Part shown: positions 11,276-19,440 of the stretch, piece after piece
Numbering within the stretch: the first letter of the stretch is position 1
Layout: every line of letters starts with the position of its first letter
Source: Candidatus Zixiibacteriota bacterium
Lineage (GTDB): Bacteria > Zixibacteria > MSB-5A5 > UBA10806 > 4484-95
DNA: 41,943 nucleotides
Direction of reading: 5' to 3'
Assembly (NCBI GenBank): GCA_029932605.1
Contig: JAOZPT010000017.1
Span: 1-41,943, forward strand
The notes under the pieces: generated by a model
What the model saw: the letters and a program-made list of their open reading frames with translations, nothing else
Database searches by the model: none
Told to the model about the DNA's origin: nothing
Position numbers and translations under genes: made by a program

Positions 11276-11494
11276 ATGAAAATGAGATTCACGTTATCAA
11301 TGGATGACCTTTTAGTAAACGGCATCAAGATAAGTAACATGATAATTGACTGGGTTGAGGATGTGAGCCAGCAGGAAGTGCTGGAGATGTCTCACAAGTG
11401 GATCACCTCAAAGAATTTCCTAACTGAGAGAATGACCGGCTTAAAGAGAGTTGGTGAATCTTCGCTTACAATTGAACCGATTGATGAGAGTTAA
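11276..11494 (+). CDS. Small hypothetical protein (72 aa)
   Basis: AGAGGGG RBS before ATG 11276; protein-like composition; 5 nt from the next gene. Confidence 0.75.
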   Translation: MKMRFTLSMDDLLVNGIKISNMIIDWVEDVSQQEVLEMSHKWITSKNFLTERMTGLKRVGESSLTIEPIDES

Positions 11495-11499
11495 TAGCG

Positions 11500-11826
11500 A
11501 TGGAACGGTTCAAGTATTTTTTAGATGAAATCATAAAACAGTTTAAAAACATCGAAGATCTTATAAATTCTTTGATGGCTAAAGTTCCTTATATCGGTTC
11601 TACTTTGTCCGACCATGGCAATCTGATAGCTTTGGCGGTAGTTGTTGTTTTAACGATATTAGTGATAAAACCACTGGTCAAATGGTCATTAGCGGTTTTG
11701 GTACTTGGGGTGTCGCTGGCTGGCGTTATCTCTTTTTTCGCCGGCCTCTCGTTTTGGGGCATATTGCCCCTTACGGCATTGATGGCAAGTATAGTATTGT
11801 TTTCTAATAAATTTTCAGTGGGGTAA
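11500..11826 (+). CDS. Small membrane protein
   Basis: Amphipathic N-terminus followed by about three hydrophobic segments. Confidence 0.75.
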   Translation: MERFKYFLDEIIKQFKNIEDLINSLMAKVPYIGSTLSDHGNLIALAVVVVLTILVIKPLVKWSLAVLVLGVSLAGVISFFAGLSFWGILPLTALMASIVLFSNKFSVG

Positions 11827-11832
11827 CGGGCT

Positions 11833-11985
11833 ATGAAAAATAAAGGAACAAAGAAACGTTGTCCTTTCTGCCAGGAAAGACTTATAAGAAAATGGGGCGA
11901 TTACGTATGCCCAAAATGCGGTGCGGCATTCAACGTTGCAGCTATGAATGATAGTTTGCGTATAAAAATGTCGTCTTATAGGTAA
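11833..11985 (+). CDS. 50-aa zinc-ribbon microprotein (absent from the ORF track)
   Basis: Hand translation MKNKGTKKRCPFCQERLIRKWGDYVCPKCGAAFNVAAMNDSLRIKMSSYR*; fills the gap with 6- and 8-nt spacers. Confidence 0.65.
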   Translation: MKNKGTKKRCPFCQERLIRKWGDYVCPKCGAAFNVAAMNDSLRIKMSSYR

Positions 11986-11993
11986 AATCGGAC

Positions 11994-12188
11994 ATGCCAT
12001 CGAAAATAATAAAATGCTCAAATTGTGGTAAAATCGGTAAACGGGTCTCGATCCTTCCCCTTTGTGAAAAATGTTTTAAAAAGGTAAAAAATTACGAAAG
12101 TTTCTATTCTAAGTCACAAGATTGCGTCCAGATCGGACTTGATGAAAATATGAATGCACAACCAGATGATGATTTTATGCGGGTTTAA
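11994..12188 (+). CDS. 64-aa CxxC...CxxC zinc-binding microprotein
   Basis: CSNC...CEKC followed by an acidic tail. Confidence 0.6.
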   Translation: MPSKIIKCSNCGKIGKRVSILPLCEKCFKKVKNYESFYSKSQDCVQIGLDENMNAQPDDDFMRV

Positions 12189-13180
12189 GTGTTAAATGTT
12201 TTATTAAAATAACGTGCCATCTCATCTAAAGTAGATAACCGTTTTTTATTCCGGTATCGAAATAGTTTCTTGAAAGAACCATGATATTCATCCATCAACT
12301 CGGCAGTGAATTTTCCGCTTTTTATTCTTTTCAACATGGCTTGCATAGCCTTTTTCGAGTCGGCATTGATGATTTTATCTTCAGCCTGATAGCTTCCATA
12401 TTCGGCAGTAGTGCTGATTCGTTTATACATCCCGCCGATGCCATATTTCTTAATTAAGTCAACTATCATGTCAAGTTGGTAAACACATTCAACGTAGGCA
12501 TCTTGTGGCGGAAAACCATCCCTGACCAGGGTATCAAAGCCCGATTTCAATAAAGCAGCAAGGCCACCGCATAGCACCGCTTGCTCACCGAATATATCCC
12601 CTATAGCCTCCCTGGCAAAACTGGTGACTAAAAGTCCAGCGCGGGAACATCCAATAGCTTTAGCGTAGGCCCCCGCTATCTTCAAAGCTTTTCTCGAGGA
12701 CATATCAGTTTTTGCAATAAAGGCGGGAATACCTTTACCAGAGATAAACCTCTCTCGAAGCATTTGACCTGGTCCATGTGGAGCAACCAGGGCAAAATCG
12801 ATGCCCCTGGATTGCTTTACCAAATTAAAATGTACAGATAAAGCATGAGCGAAAATATAAGTCTGGCCCTTTTTGATAACTCTACCAAGCTCATTTTCAA
12901 AAAGCTCCCGATGCAGGTGGTCTGGAATCATGACTGAAATAACTTCGGCGTCTGTCACCGCTTTGGCTGGTGTTGTAACATTAAAATTATCTTTGCGAGC
13001 CTGCCTTCTGGAACTGCTTTTTATTTTAAGCCCGATTACAGGAGAAAAACCGCTATCGCGTAGATTCAAGGCTTGGGCACACCCCTGTGAACCGTATCCA
13101 ATTATGGCTATCTTGAGACCCCTTAAAACATTTAAATTAATCTGGCTATCATGGATTATCTTGGGGCCTTTCGGTTTCAT
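12185..13180 (-). CDS. ilvC: Ketol-acid reductoisomerase family, class I (divergent active site)
   Basis: IAIIGYGSQG, ALNLRDSG, DIFGEQAVLCGG, STTAEYG. Confidence 0.88.
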   Translation of the reverse strand: MKPKGPKIIHDSQINLNVLRGLKIAIIGYGSQGCAQALNLRDSGFSPVIGLKIKSSSRRQARKDNFNVTTPAKAVTDAEVISVMIPDHLHRELFENELGRVIKKGQTYIFAHALSVHFNLVKQSRGIDFALVAPHGPGQMLRERFISGKGIPAFIAKTDMSSRKALKIAGAYAKAIGCSRAGLLVTSFAREAIGDIFGEQAVLCGGLAALLKSGFDTLVRDGFPPQDAYVECVYQLDMIVDLIKKYGIGGMYKRISTTAEYGSYQAEDKIINADSKKAMQAMLKRIKSGKFTAELMDEYHGSFKKLFRYRNKKRLSTLDEMARYFNKTFNT

Positions 13181-13189
13181 AATGGGAAA

Positions 13190-13218
13190 AGGATATATAT
13201 TTGTCTGTCTTATGTCAA
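13190..13218 (-). promoter_or_regulatory. sigma70-type promoter for ilvC
   Basis: TTGACA-N17-TATCCT, 9 nt from the ATG, no SD. Confidence 0.65.
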
Positions 13219-13258
13219 CAATAACAGGAAAAAAGAAAGGTCGAGAGAAAATTGTTGC

Positions 13259-13287
13259 AAAAAAATACCCGGCTTGGGATTGCCGGG
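13259..13287 (-). terminator. Intrinsic terminator after the lipoprotein gene
   Basis: Minus strand CCCGGC-N8-GCCGGG followed by TATTTTTTT. Confidence 0.7.
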
Positions 13288-13379
13288 CTTATAATATCAC
13301 ATTTAATGCTCTCAAATTAAATAAATCATTCAATGAAAGTCACTTTCCGGTAGTTTATTAAATAAAACGATTCTTTACA

Positions 13380-14183
13380 TTATACCGGTCCCCAGGTCTC
13401 ATCCCATTCCCAGTAATTTTCATCCGATTCTAATCTGGCATGATAACCATTCTCGTTGAATGTCACAGTCAATGTCCAACTTATGTTCATGGCTGGTATG
13501 TCATCTATCTGGTCGCTGGTATAGATCTCAACCTCTACTACAGCAGTTCCCGATACCGGGTAGTTATCTCCCTCATAGTTAATATCCTGGGTCAAAAATA
13601 CGATATCAGAAAGCTCACAGGAAAAGCCAAAACTTACCTCTACTTGACTGATATTTCCTTCTTGTTCGGCTATGGATGTGCCATTGACTGTAATCTCATC
13701 GGTGTTTATGCCTGTGAAACGGTATGCGTCATGGTAAGTTACAGACATTGATGTGTCGGCATTGTTATATTCTCCATCGAGCCTGGTTCGGTATTCAAAT
13801 GCGGTCGTGTTCGAATCCGGTAACTCCTGATATGCATCTCCCTGCTCGAAACGGAAACTATCAACCATAACCATCGAGGAACTGTCAAGAGCGAAATCCA
13901 GATAGAACTCATACCAGTAATCATCATACATTATCAGGAACAAGGTATCAGCAGGTTTAGCCAGATATCCTGAGCCATCATAATCAAGCCAGCCGATGCC
14001 GTTGTTGAACGATTCGAGGACACAGTCAATATATTCATCGGTCTTTGCCTGTGTCTCAATGGCGATCGGGTCATCAGGGTCTCCGGGGTTTTTAGTCTGT
14101 GGTTCTGTTGAATTACTACAGCCACCCATTATTATCATCAGGGCCAATATCAAAACGAGAGGAAAAACCATAATTCTTTTCAT
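13380..14183 (-). CDS. Acidic lipoprotein, unknown function
   Basis: AGGAGG RBS; signal peptide ending MGGC; Asp/Glu-rich, beta-strand-like patterning. Confidence 0.8.
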   Translation of the reverse strand: MKRIMVFPLVLILALMIIMGGCSNSTEPQTKNPGDPDDPIAIETQAKTDEYIDCVLESFNNGIGWLDYDGSGYLAKPADTLFLIMYDDYWYEFYLDFALDSSSMVMVDSFRFEQGDAYQELPDSNTTAFEYRTRLDGEYNNADTSMSVTYHDAYRFTGINTDEITVNGTSIAEQEGNISQVEVSFGFSCELSDIVFLTQDINYEGDNYPVSGTAVVEVEIYTSDQIDDIPAMNISWTLTVTFNENGYHARLESDENYWEWDETWGPV

Positions 14184-14276
14184 AATCGCCTCCTGTTGTT
14201 ATCGTTATATTTAATTTTTCGGTAGATATTATTGTATATTTAGATAAATAAGGTAAAACGAAGTATATTTAGCCGG

Positions 14277-14582
14277 TTATTCGGTGGAATCTTGATTTTC
14301 GATTATTTTTGGAACAACAAATAGTCCATCTTGTGTTTTGGGGGCGTTTGAGAGGGCATCCTTTTGCGAAAGTCCTGTTTTGACAACGTCATCCCTAAAG
14401 GGCGTTTGCTGATGAGTGATATGTGACATCTCATCAATCCCTTCGATATCGATTTCGTCGATAATCTCCATGTATTCTAAAATCTTATTGAGGTCAGAGA
14501 GCAATTTGCGCTTTTCCTCTGGAGTATGTTTTAACCTTGCCAAGCGGGCGATCTTGTCAATATCGTCATAAGTAAGGGCCAT
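14277..14582 (-). CDS. gatC: Asp-tRNA(Asn)/Glu-tRNA(Gln) amidotransferase subunit C
   Basis: IARLARL...LNKILEYM...FRDD...ALSNAP...FVVPKII. Confidence 0.93.
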   Translation of the reverse strand: MALTYDDIDKIARLARLKHTPEEKRKLLSDLNKILEYMEIIDEIDIEGIDEMSHITHQQTPFRDDVVKTGLSQKDALSNAPKTQDGLFVVPKIIENQDSTE

Positions 14583-14591
14583 AACGTAAAC

Positions 14592-14620
14592 AAGCTATTT
14601 TAAGAAAAATATTTTGTCAA
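14592..14620 (-). promoter_or_regulatory. sigma70-type promoter for gatC
   Basis: TTGACA-N17-TAGCTT, 9 nt from the ATG, no SD. Confidence 0.65.
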
Positions 14621-14722
14621 TAGAAAATCAGGGGTTAAGGCAGAGACAAACAATGCCCCTGCAAAAACACCTTCAACCCATTAATTTCAAAAGTTTAACA
14701 GCCGATATAAAATTTGAGAAGA

Positions 14723-15745
14723 ATGATTAATTGTAAGATTAGAAAAAATCATAAGATTTGGCCGTTATCGGTTTTACTAATTACGGTTGTAATGATTAAT
14801 TGTGCAAAGAAACCGGCTACAATCAAGGGTACAGTAACTGATGATGAGGGTGCTCTGCTGGCGGGAGCGGCGGTTTTTTCTGTCCCACAGAGGTATAAGA
14901 CACTGACTGATACAAAGGGGGCTTTTGTTTTAGATGGAATTGATCCCGGTCAATATTCGATTCTAGTTAAGTATGGAGATGATTCAACTCTCGTGAATAT
15001 TGGTCTTGTTGAGCCAGGTGAAGTATTTGTTACATCAATTGTTTTGGAAAAAACACCGCCACCTCCTCCACCACCACCTGAGGAAAAACCCAAACCTAAA
15101 CCCAAACCCAAACCCAAGCCTAAACCCGAAGAACCTTTTGTTGATCCCGTTTTGCAAAACGGCGAGAAAGTTTTACTTTTAGCCTCAAAAGAGTTTTTCC
15201 CTAAATTTGAGGTGGAATCGTCGGATGGTCTCGTCTGGGAGTTAAAAAATGTCAAAACATCCAAGCTAAAATTCAAGGGTGGTAGAATGTATGAAGGGTA
15301 TTTCTCCGGCCCACAGCCGAAATACTATGAGACAGCCGCAAGAAGGTGTATATATGACAAAAAGTTATGGATTTACACGCATGGTCCTGAGGATACTCCA
15401 GCCAATGGAAGAGAAATATATATTGCCATACCCCTTGAACTTCCCGGAAATGTAGATATCGATTCATTGGTTGTTTTTTATTGTTTTCCCCGTTTCCCCG
15501 AAGGTGTTCCCCCTGGTTCGGTTAAATTCAGGGTTGTTGGTGAAACCTCAACGGGAGGTATCTCAATTTTGATTGACTGGCAAAAAGTGAACCATTCCTC
15601 AAATGGTTCATTTTACAAGAAGATGGTACCCACTCGCGGCGACAATCGTAAACTTGAATATGTTTCTCTGGAGATAAATTCGGATGGTGATGCTTACTGG
15701 GATGCCTTTTTGATACGTCCTCTTGTCTATTTCAGCGTTAGATAA
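14723..15745 (+). CDS. Probable lipoprotein: carboxypeptidase-regulatory-like domain, Pro/Lys linker, unknown C-terminal domain
   Basis: VVMINC lipobox-like; IKGTVTD..G..L.GA.V...TDTKGAF.L.GI.PG.Y; P8EE(KP)7. Confidence 0.78.
   Translation: MINCKIRKNHKIWPLSVLLITVVMINCAKKPATIKGTVTDDEGALLAGAAVFSVPQRYKTLTDTKGAFVLDGIDPGQYSILVKYGDDSTLVNIGLVEPGEVFVTSIVLEKTPPPPPPPPEEKPKPKPKPKPKPKPEEPFVDPVLQNGEKVLLLASKEFFPKFEVESSDGLVWELKNVKTSKLKFKGGRMYEGYFSGPQPKYYETAARRCIYDKKLWIYTHGPEDTPANGREIYIAIPLELPGNVDIDSLVVFYCFPRFPEGVPPGSVKFRVVGETSTGGISILIDWQKVNHSSNGSFYKKMVPTRGDNRKLEYVSLEINSDGDAYWDAFLIRPLVYFSVR
15086..15127 (+). repeat. Coding hexamer tandem repeat (AARCCY)x7
   Basis: aaaccc aaacct aaaccc aaaccc aaaccc aagcct aaaccc, encoding (KP)7. 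Confidence 0.9.
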
Positions 15746-15893
15746 TCTTTAAATATAACTAAAAATCTCTGCTTTTAAACCATGGGGTTATCGATAAAAC
15801 TCAAAAAATTTGTATAATCTCCTGGTAAGATAATATTATTTTAATAAGTATTTTATTATAACATTTAGCTTGGATTATTAGTATAATAAAGAT

Positions 15894-16790
15894 ATGCCCG
15901 AAGATTACCGCAGATATTTAGACCCGAAAGTGGTTAGCAAGCTGGCTGGTATGGAGCTGAAAGCACGGCTGGTAGTTGAGGGGTTTATAGTTGGCCTTCA
16001 TAGGAGCCCCTACCACGGTTTTTCAGTTGAGTTCGCTGAACATCGCCAGTATATGCCAGGCGATGATGTCAAACACATCGACTGGAAAGTATATGGCAAG
16101 TCCGACCGCTTTTATATCAAACAATTCGAGGAGGAAACTAACCTCAGAGGGTATATTCTTCTTGATGCATCAGCCTCTATGGGTTACAAATCCAACGGTG
16201 TAAGCAAATTTGAGTATGGCTCTTATTTTGCAGCGGCCCTGTCGTATCTGATGCTTCGCCAGCAGGACGCCCCCGGCCTGCTGATATATGACCAGCAAAT
16301 ACGTGCATATATTCCCCCGCGGGGTGCTCGTTCGCATATCAATAATATCCTAAAACAACTCGAAAAAACCCAGCCCTCGTCAAAAACCGATGCGGCAATA
16401 GCATTTCATGAGCTGGCCGAGCGTATCAAGCGCCGGGGACTTATTGTGGTAATATCTGACCTTTTCGATGATCCGGATAGGATGTTAGCGGGCCTGAAAC
16501 ACTTCCGGCATCGCAAACATGAGGTCATAGTTTTCCAGGTATTAGATCCTTTTGAGCGAAATTTCGGTTACCGGGCTGAGGCACGTTTCAGGGACATGGA
16601 GACCGGCCAGATGCTTCTGACTAACCCCTACCAGATACGAAAGGAATATATCGAGCGCCTGGACGACTTCATCGAAAAATTCTCCCGTGCCTGCCGTGAC
16701 GCACTTATAGATTATCATTTACTGGATACATCTGTGCCATTCGATAAGGCGCTTTTCGGGTATTTAGCTAAAAGAAGCAAGCTGGGGTAA
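15894..16790 (+). CDS. DUF58 domain protein (vWA-like, normally MoxR-associated)
   Basis: GLHRSPYHGFSVEFAEHRQYMPGDD..HIDWK, LLDASASM, VVISD. Confidence 0.92.
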   Translation: MPEDYRRYLDPKVVSKLAGMELKARLVVEGFIVGLHRSPYHGFSVEFAEHRQYMPGDDVKHIDWKVYGKSDRFYIKQFEEETNLRGYILLDASASMGYKSNGVSKFEYGSYFAAALSYLMLRQQDAPGLLIYDQQIRAYIPPRGARSHINNILKQLEKTQPSSKTDAAIAFHELAERIKRRGLIVVISDLFDDPDRMLAGLKHFRHRKHEVIVFQVLDPFERNFGYRAEARFRDMETGQMLLTNPYQIRKEYIERLDDFIEKFSRACRDALIDYHLLDTSVPFDKALFGYLAKRSKLG

Positions 16791-16823
16791 AGTTTATTTT
16801 TCCCTTGGCAGTGTATTTTGTGA

Positions 16824-16844
16824 TTACCAGGCGGGGCTTGGTAA
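16824..16844. repeat. REP-like hairpin, separate class
   Basis: TTACCAGGC-GGG-GCTTGGTAA (one G.T pair). Confidence 0.45.
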
Positions 16845-16904
16845 ACAGTAGAAAAAACGTAAAGATAGTATTGTTGAAATAAATGGAAGATTATTTATAA
16901 ATGT

Positions 16905-16932
16905 GTAGGGGTGTATTGCAATACACCCCTAC
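16905..16932. repeat. REP-like palindrome, GTAG class (copy 2)
   Basis: GTAGGGGTGTATTGCAATACACCCCTAC; perfect 28-bp palindrome between convergent genes. Confidence 0.85.
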
Positions 16933-17068
16933 CGGAATTGGTTAAGCCCAATTCTATAAATGTCATATTGTCATGCACTACGCAAGTTACGGTAACAAGC
17001 TTGTAAAATTAACTCCACTTGTAATGTTGTCTTTTTGTATTTCCGGAACTACGCTTCCCGATAAGATA

Positions 17069-17452
17069 CTAAGGCTGGTTTAGCATATTCTTTAAAAACC
17101 GGGATAAGGAATCGGCTGGCAGATTTTCGTATCCTTCAAGTCGTTTGGCGATAATCTGAAATATCTCATATTGGGTATCCGGATACGAGGATATTTTCCC
17201 CATGAAGTTATTTAAAAATTCTTTACCTGTGCCGTTTTTAGCGTATATCTGGTCGACAGCTTGGTGGTATTGTTTGGGAAACTTGCTGTATTTATTGTAT
17301 GCCAGCGAAAGTTCAACATAGGTATTTATAAAAGCCTCTTTTTCCTTATCTGAGATTTTTGGTTTCTCACTACAGGAAAGGCTCAAGAAAATGCAGAGGA
17401 TAATGAAAAAAGCCCAGATTTTTCGAAGGCAAATTTTAACTTCCGAAAACAT
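17069..17452 (-). CDS. Hypothetical lipoprotein
   Basis: Hydrophobic stretch ending LSLSC; overlaps the end of the upstream PPIase gene. Confidence 0.7.
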   Translation of the reverse strand: MFSEVKICLRKIWAFFIILCIFLSLSCSEKPKISDKEKEAFINTYVELSLAYNKYSKFPKQYHQAVDQIYAKNGTGKEFLNNFMGKISSYPDTQYEIFQIIAKRLEGYENLPADSLSRFLKNMLNQP

Positions 17453-19280
17453 CCTCCCTGAAATCCTCTATTTCTGAGTTTTTGTATATGTTTTTGTACC
17501 ATTGGCTCCAGGCCTCTTGACGACTTTTTTTACGTGCATCGTTGTAAAGAGAATCAGCAATGGCAGAATATTTTTGTTCGTCTATTTCTTGTTTGTCGAT
17601 AAGCTCCATGAGATAACAGCCCGAGCGAGCCTTAACAGGCTTGGAGAACCTATTCTGTTTGGAAAGGTTAAAGGCAGCCCCAATAAAGGCAGGGTCACGG
17701 CCAACATTCTCAACAAATTCATTCCTGGTAAAATATTTTTTCGTTTCTAATACGGGTAAGCCAGCCTTTTTAGCCATCTGTTCAAACGTTAGATTCTTGG
17801 AGGTCATAAGCTGATAGAATTCTTCACCTTTTACGTAGGTTTTTTCGACTACTTTTTCTCTATGAATTTTGCTGTAAATCTGGTCTTTAATTTCCTCGAA
17901 TGATACATATCCAGCGGGTTTTCTGGTGCCTGGTGTGGCAAATATTAATGATTTTCGATTATCGATGACATTACTTATGGAGCCTTTTTTGGCTTTAAAG
18001 GCGAATTCATTTAATTCCTGATTAGGGCCTATACCGGGGATGAAACCACCTGGTGAAAAGGGGCGTGTCTCTTTAACATCAAGTTTGTTTGCTTCGGCCA
18101 TCGTGTCGAAACCATCAGCAATAGCCTGTTCTCTTAATTTTTCAGCTTTCTCTTTTAATTTAGCGAGGGTTTTGGCTGATAGCTCAGTTTTTAAAAGGAT
18201 GTGGCTGGCTTTTACTTCTGGTTCATTTTCGCCTTTTTTGTTTTTATTTGTCCTTTTGCCGGTGAGTTTAATGATATGCCAACCAAATTGGGTTTTAACA
18301 GGTTCTGAAACATCGCCGATTTTTTTGAGAGCAAAAACAGCTTCCTCGAACGGCTTGACCATCCTACCCTTGCCAAACCAGCCAAGGTCGCCGCCATCTT
18401 TACCGGATGCATCCTGGGAATACTTTTCAGCCAGCTTTGCAAAATCCTCACCCTTTTTTATCTTCTCATAGAGAGTGTAAATTTCTTGCTTGACAGAATC
18501 CATATCGGCCTGGGAGGGCTTTTTGTCGATTGATACATAACGAAGAGTTGCCGTTTCATCGGTTTTATATTTGCTTTCTTTGTCCTGTTCGTATCGGGCT
18601 AACAACTCATCATCGGTTATGTTGATATCCGACGTATCCACATTTGATTCCGATATGAAGATATACTTTACTTTAACCTTTTCGTTTTGGTCGCGATACT
18701 GCTCATAGATATCCTGTTTTGAGACAACGGCGGTATTTAATATCAACTCCTGAAGTTTGGATACGAGTATCTGTGATTTTACTGATTGCTCTATCCAGAA
18801 CAGTTGTTGTTCGGCTCGCGGGTCTGGAGATGAGGCCAGGTTTTGAAGGAAATTCTGATATTTTATCTGGTCGAATTTGCCATCTGTCTGTAAATCTTCA
18901 TACTCATATAACTCCCTAGGGGGAACGTACTTGACATATTCAGCCAGCTCTTCATCAGTCATGGTAATATTATTTTCTCTTATCTGTTGAGCCAAAAGTG
19001 TCTGGCATACGATCGAGTTCCATGTCTCATCACGTAAACGCTTGTAATCTTCATCCGATGGGTCAGGGTTATCTTTTAAAAAATCATTGTATCTTGATTC
19101 ATATGAATTATAGAACATATCAAGTGAGATTTCCCGCCCGTTTATTTTTCCTACAGCATTGGGTGGTCGTTTGCCTTTGCTGGTAATATCCATACCCCAG
19201 GCAAAAATTATCGTTCCTACAAAAGCCGCAATTACAACTACATAAACCGGCTTGGCTGCATTTCTTATGGTGTGCATCAT
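17436..19280 (-). CDS. SurA/PpiD-like parvulin peptidyl-prolyl isomerase
   Basis: N-terminal [21 protein letters not shown]...[33 protein letters not shown]. Confidence 0.92.
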   Translation of the reverse strand: MMHTIRNAAKPVYVVVIAAFVGTIIFAWGMDITSKGKRPPNAVGKINGREISLDMFYNSYESRYNDFLKDNPDPSDEDYKRLRDETWNSIVCQTLLAQQIRENNITMTDEELAEYVKYVPPRELYEYEDLQTDGKFDQIKYQNFLQNLASSPDPRAEQQLFWIEQSVKSQILVSKLQELILNTAVVSKQDIYEQYRDQNEKVKVKYIFISESNVDTSDINITDDELLARYEQDKESKYKTDETATLRYVSIDKKPSQADMDSVKQEIYTLYEKIKKGEDFAKLAEKYSQDASGKDGGDLGWFGKGRMVKPFEEAVFALKKIGDVSEPVKTQFGWHIIKLTGKRTNKNKKGENEPEVKASHILLKTELSAKTLAKLKEKAEKLREQAIADGFDTMAEANKLDVKETRPFSPGGFIPGIGPNQELNEFAFKAKKGSISNVIDNRKSLIFATPGTRKPAGYVSFEEIKDQIYSKIHREKVVEKTYVKGEEFYQLMTSKNLTFEQMAKKAGLPVLETKKYFTRNEFVENVGRDPAFIGAAFNLSKQNRFSKPVKARSGCYLMELIDKQEIDEQKYSAIADSLYNDARKKSRQEAWSQWYKNIYKNSEIEDFREDVFGS

Positions 19281-19440
19281 AAGAGATTAACTCCTTGTTT
19301 ATTAATTGACGCCGATATAGTAATCGACAAAAAACATCCCAAATATATTTATATTATATTAAATATAAGAAAAGTTTCATCTATATCAATTAAAAATTAC
19401 GGCCTTGACCATACATTCAAATATGGTTTATTATTTTAAC

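Noticed and set aside
11815..12021. Minus-strand 68-aa ORF
   Set aside because: Antisense to the better supported plus-strand Zn-ribbon ORF.
14682..14708. sigma28-like TAAT-N15-GCCGATAT (GCCGAT also near 3205 and 19311)
   Set aside because: Imperfect -35; the other copies have the wrong spacing or orientation; no flagellar context.
14950..15276. Gly-rich minus-strand ORF
   Set aside because: Antisense shadow of the Pro/Lys repeat.
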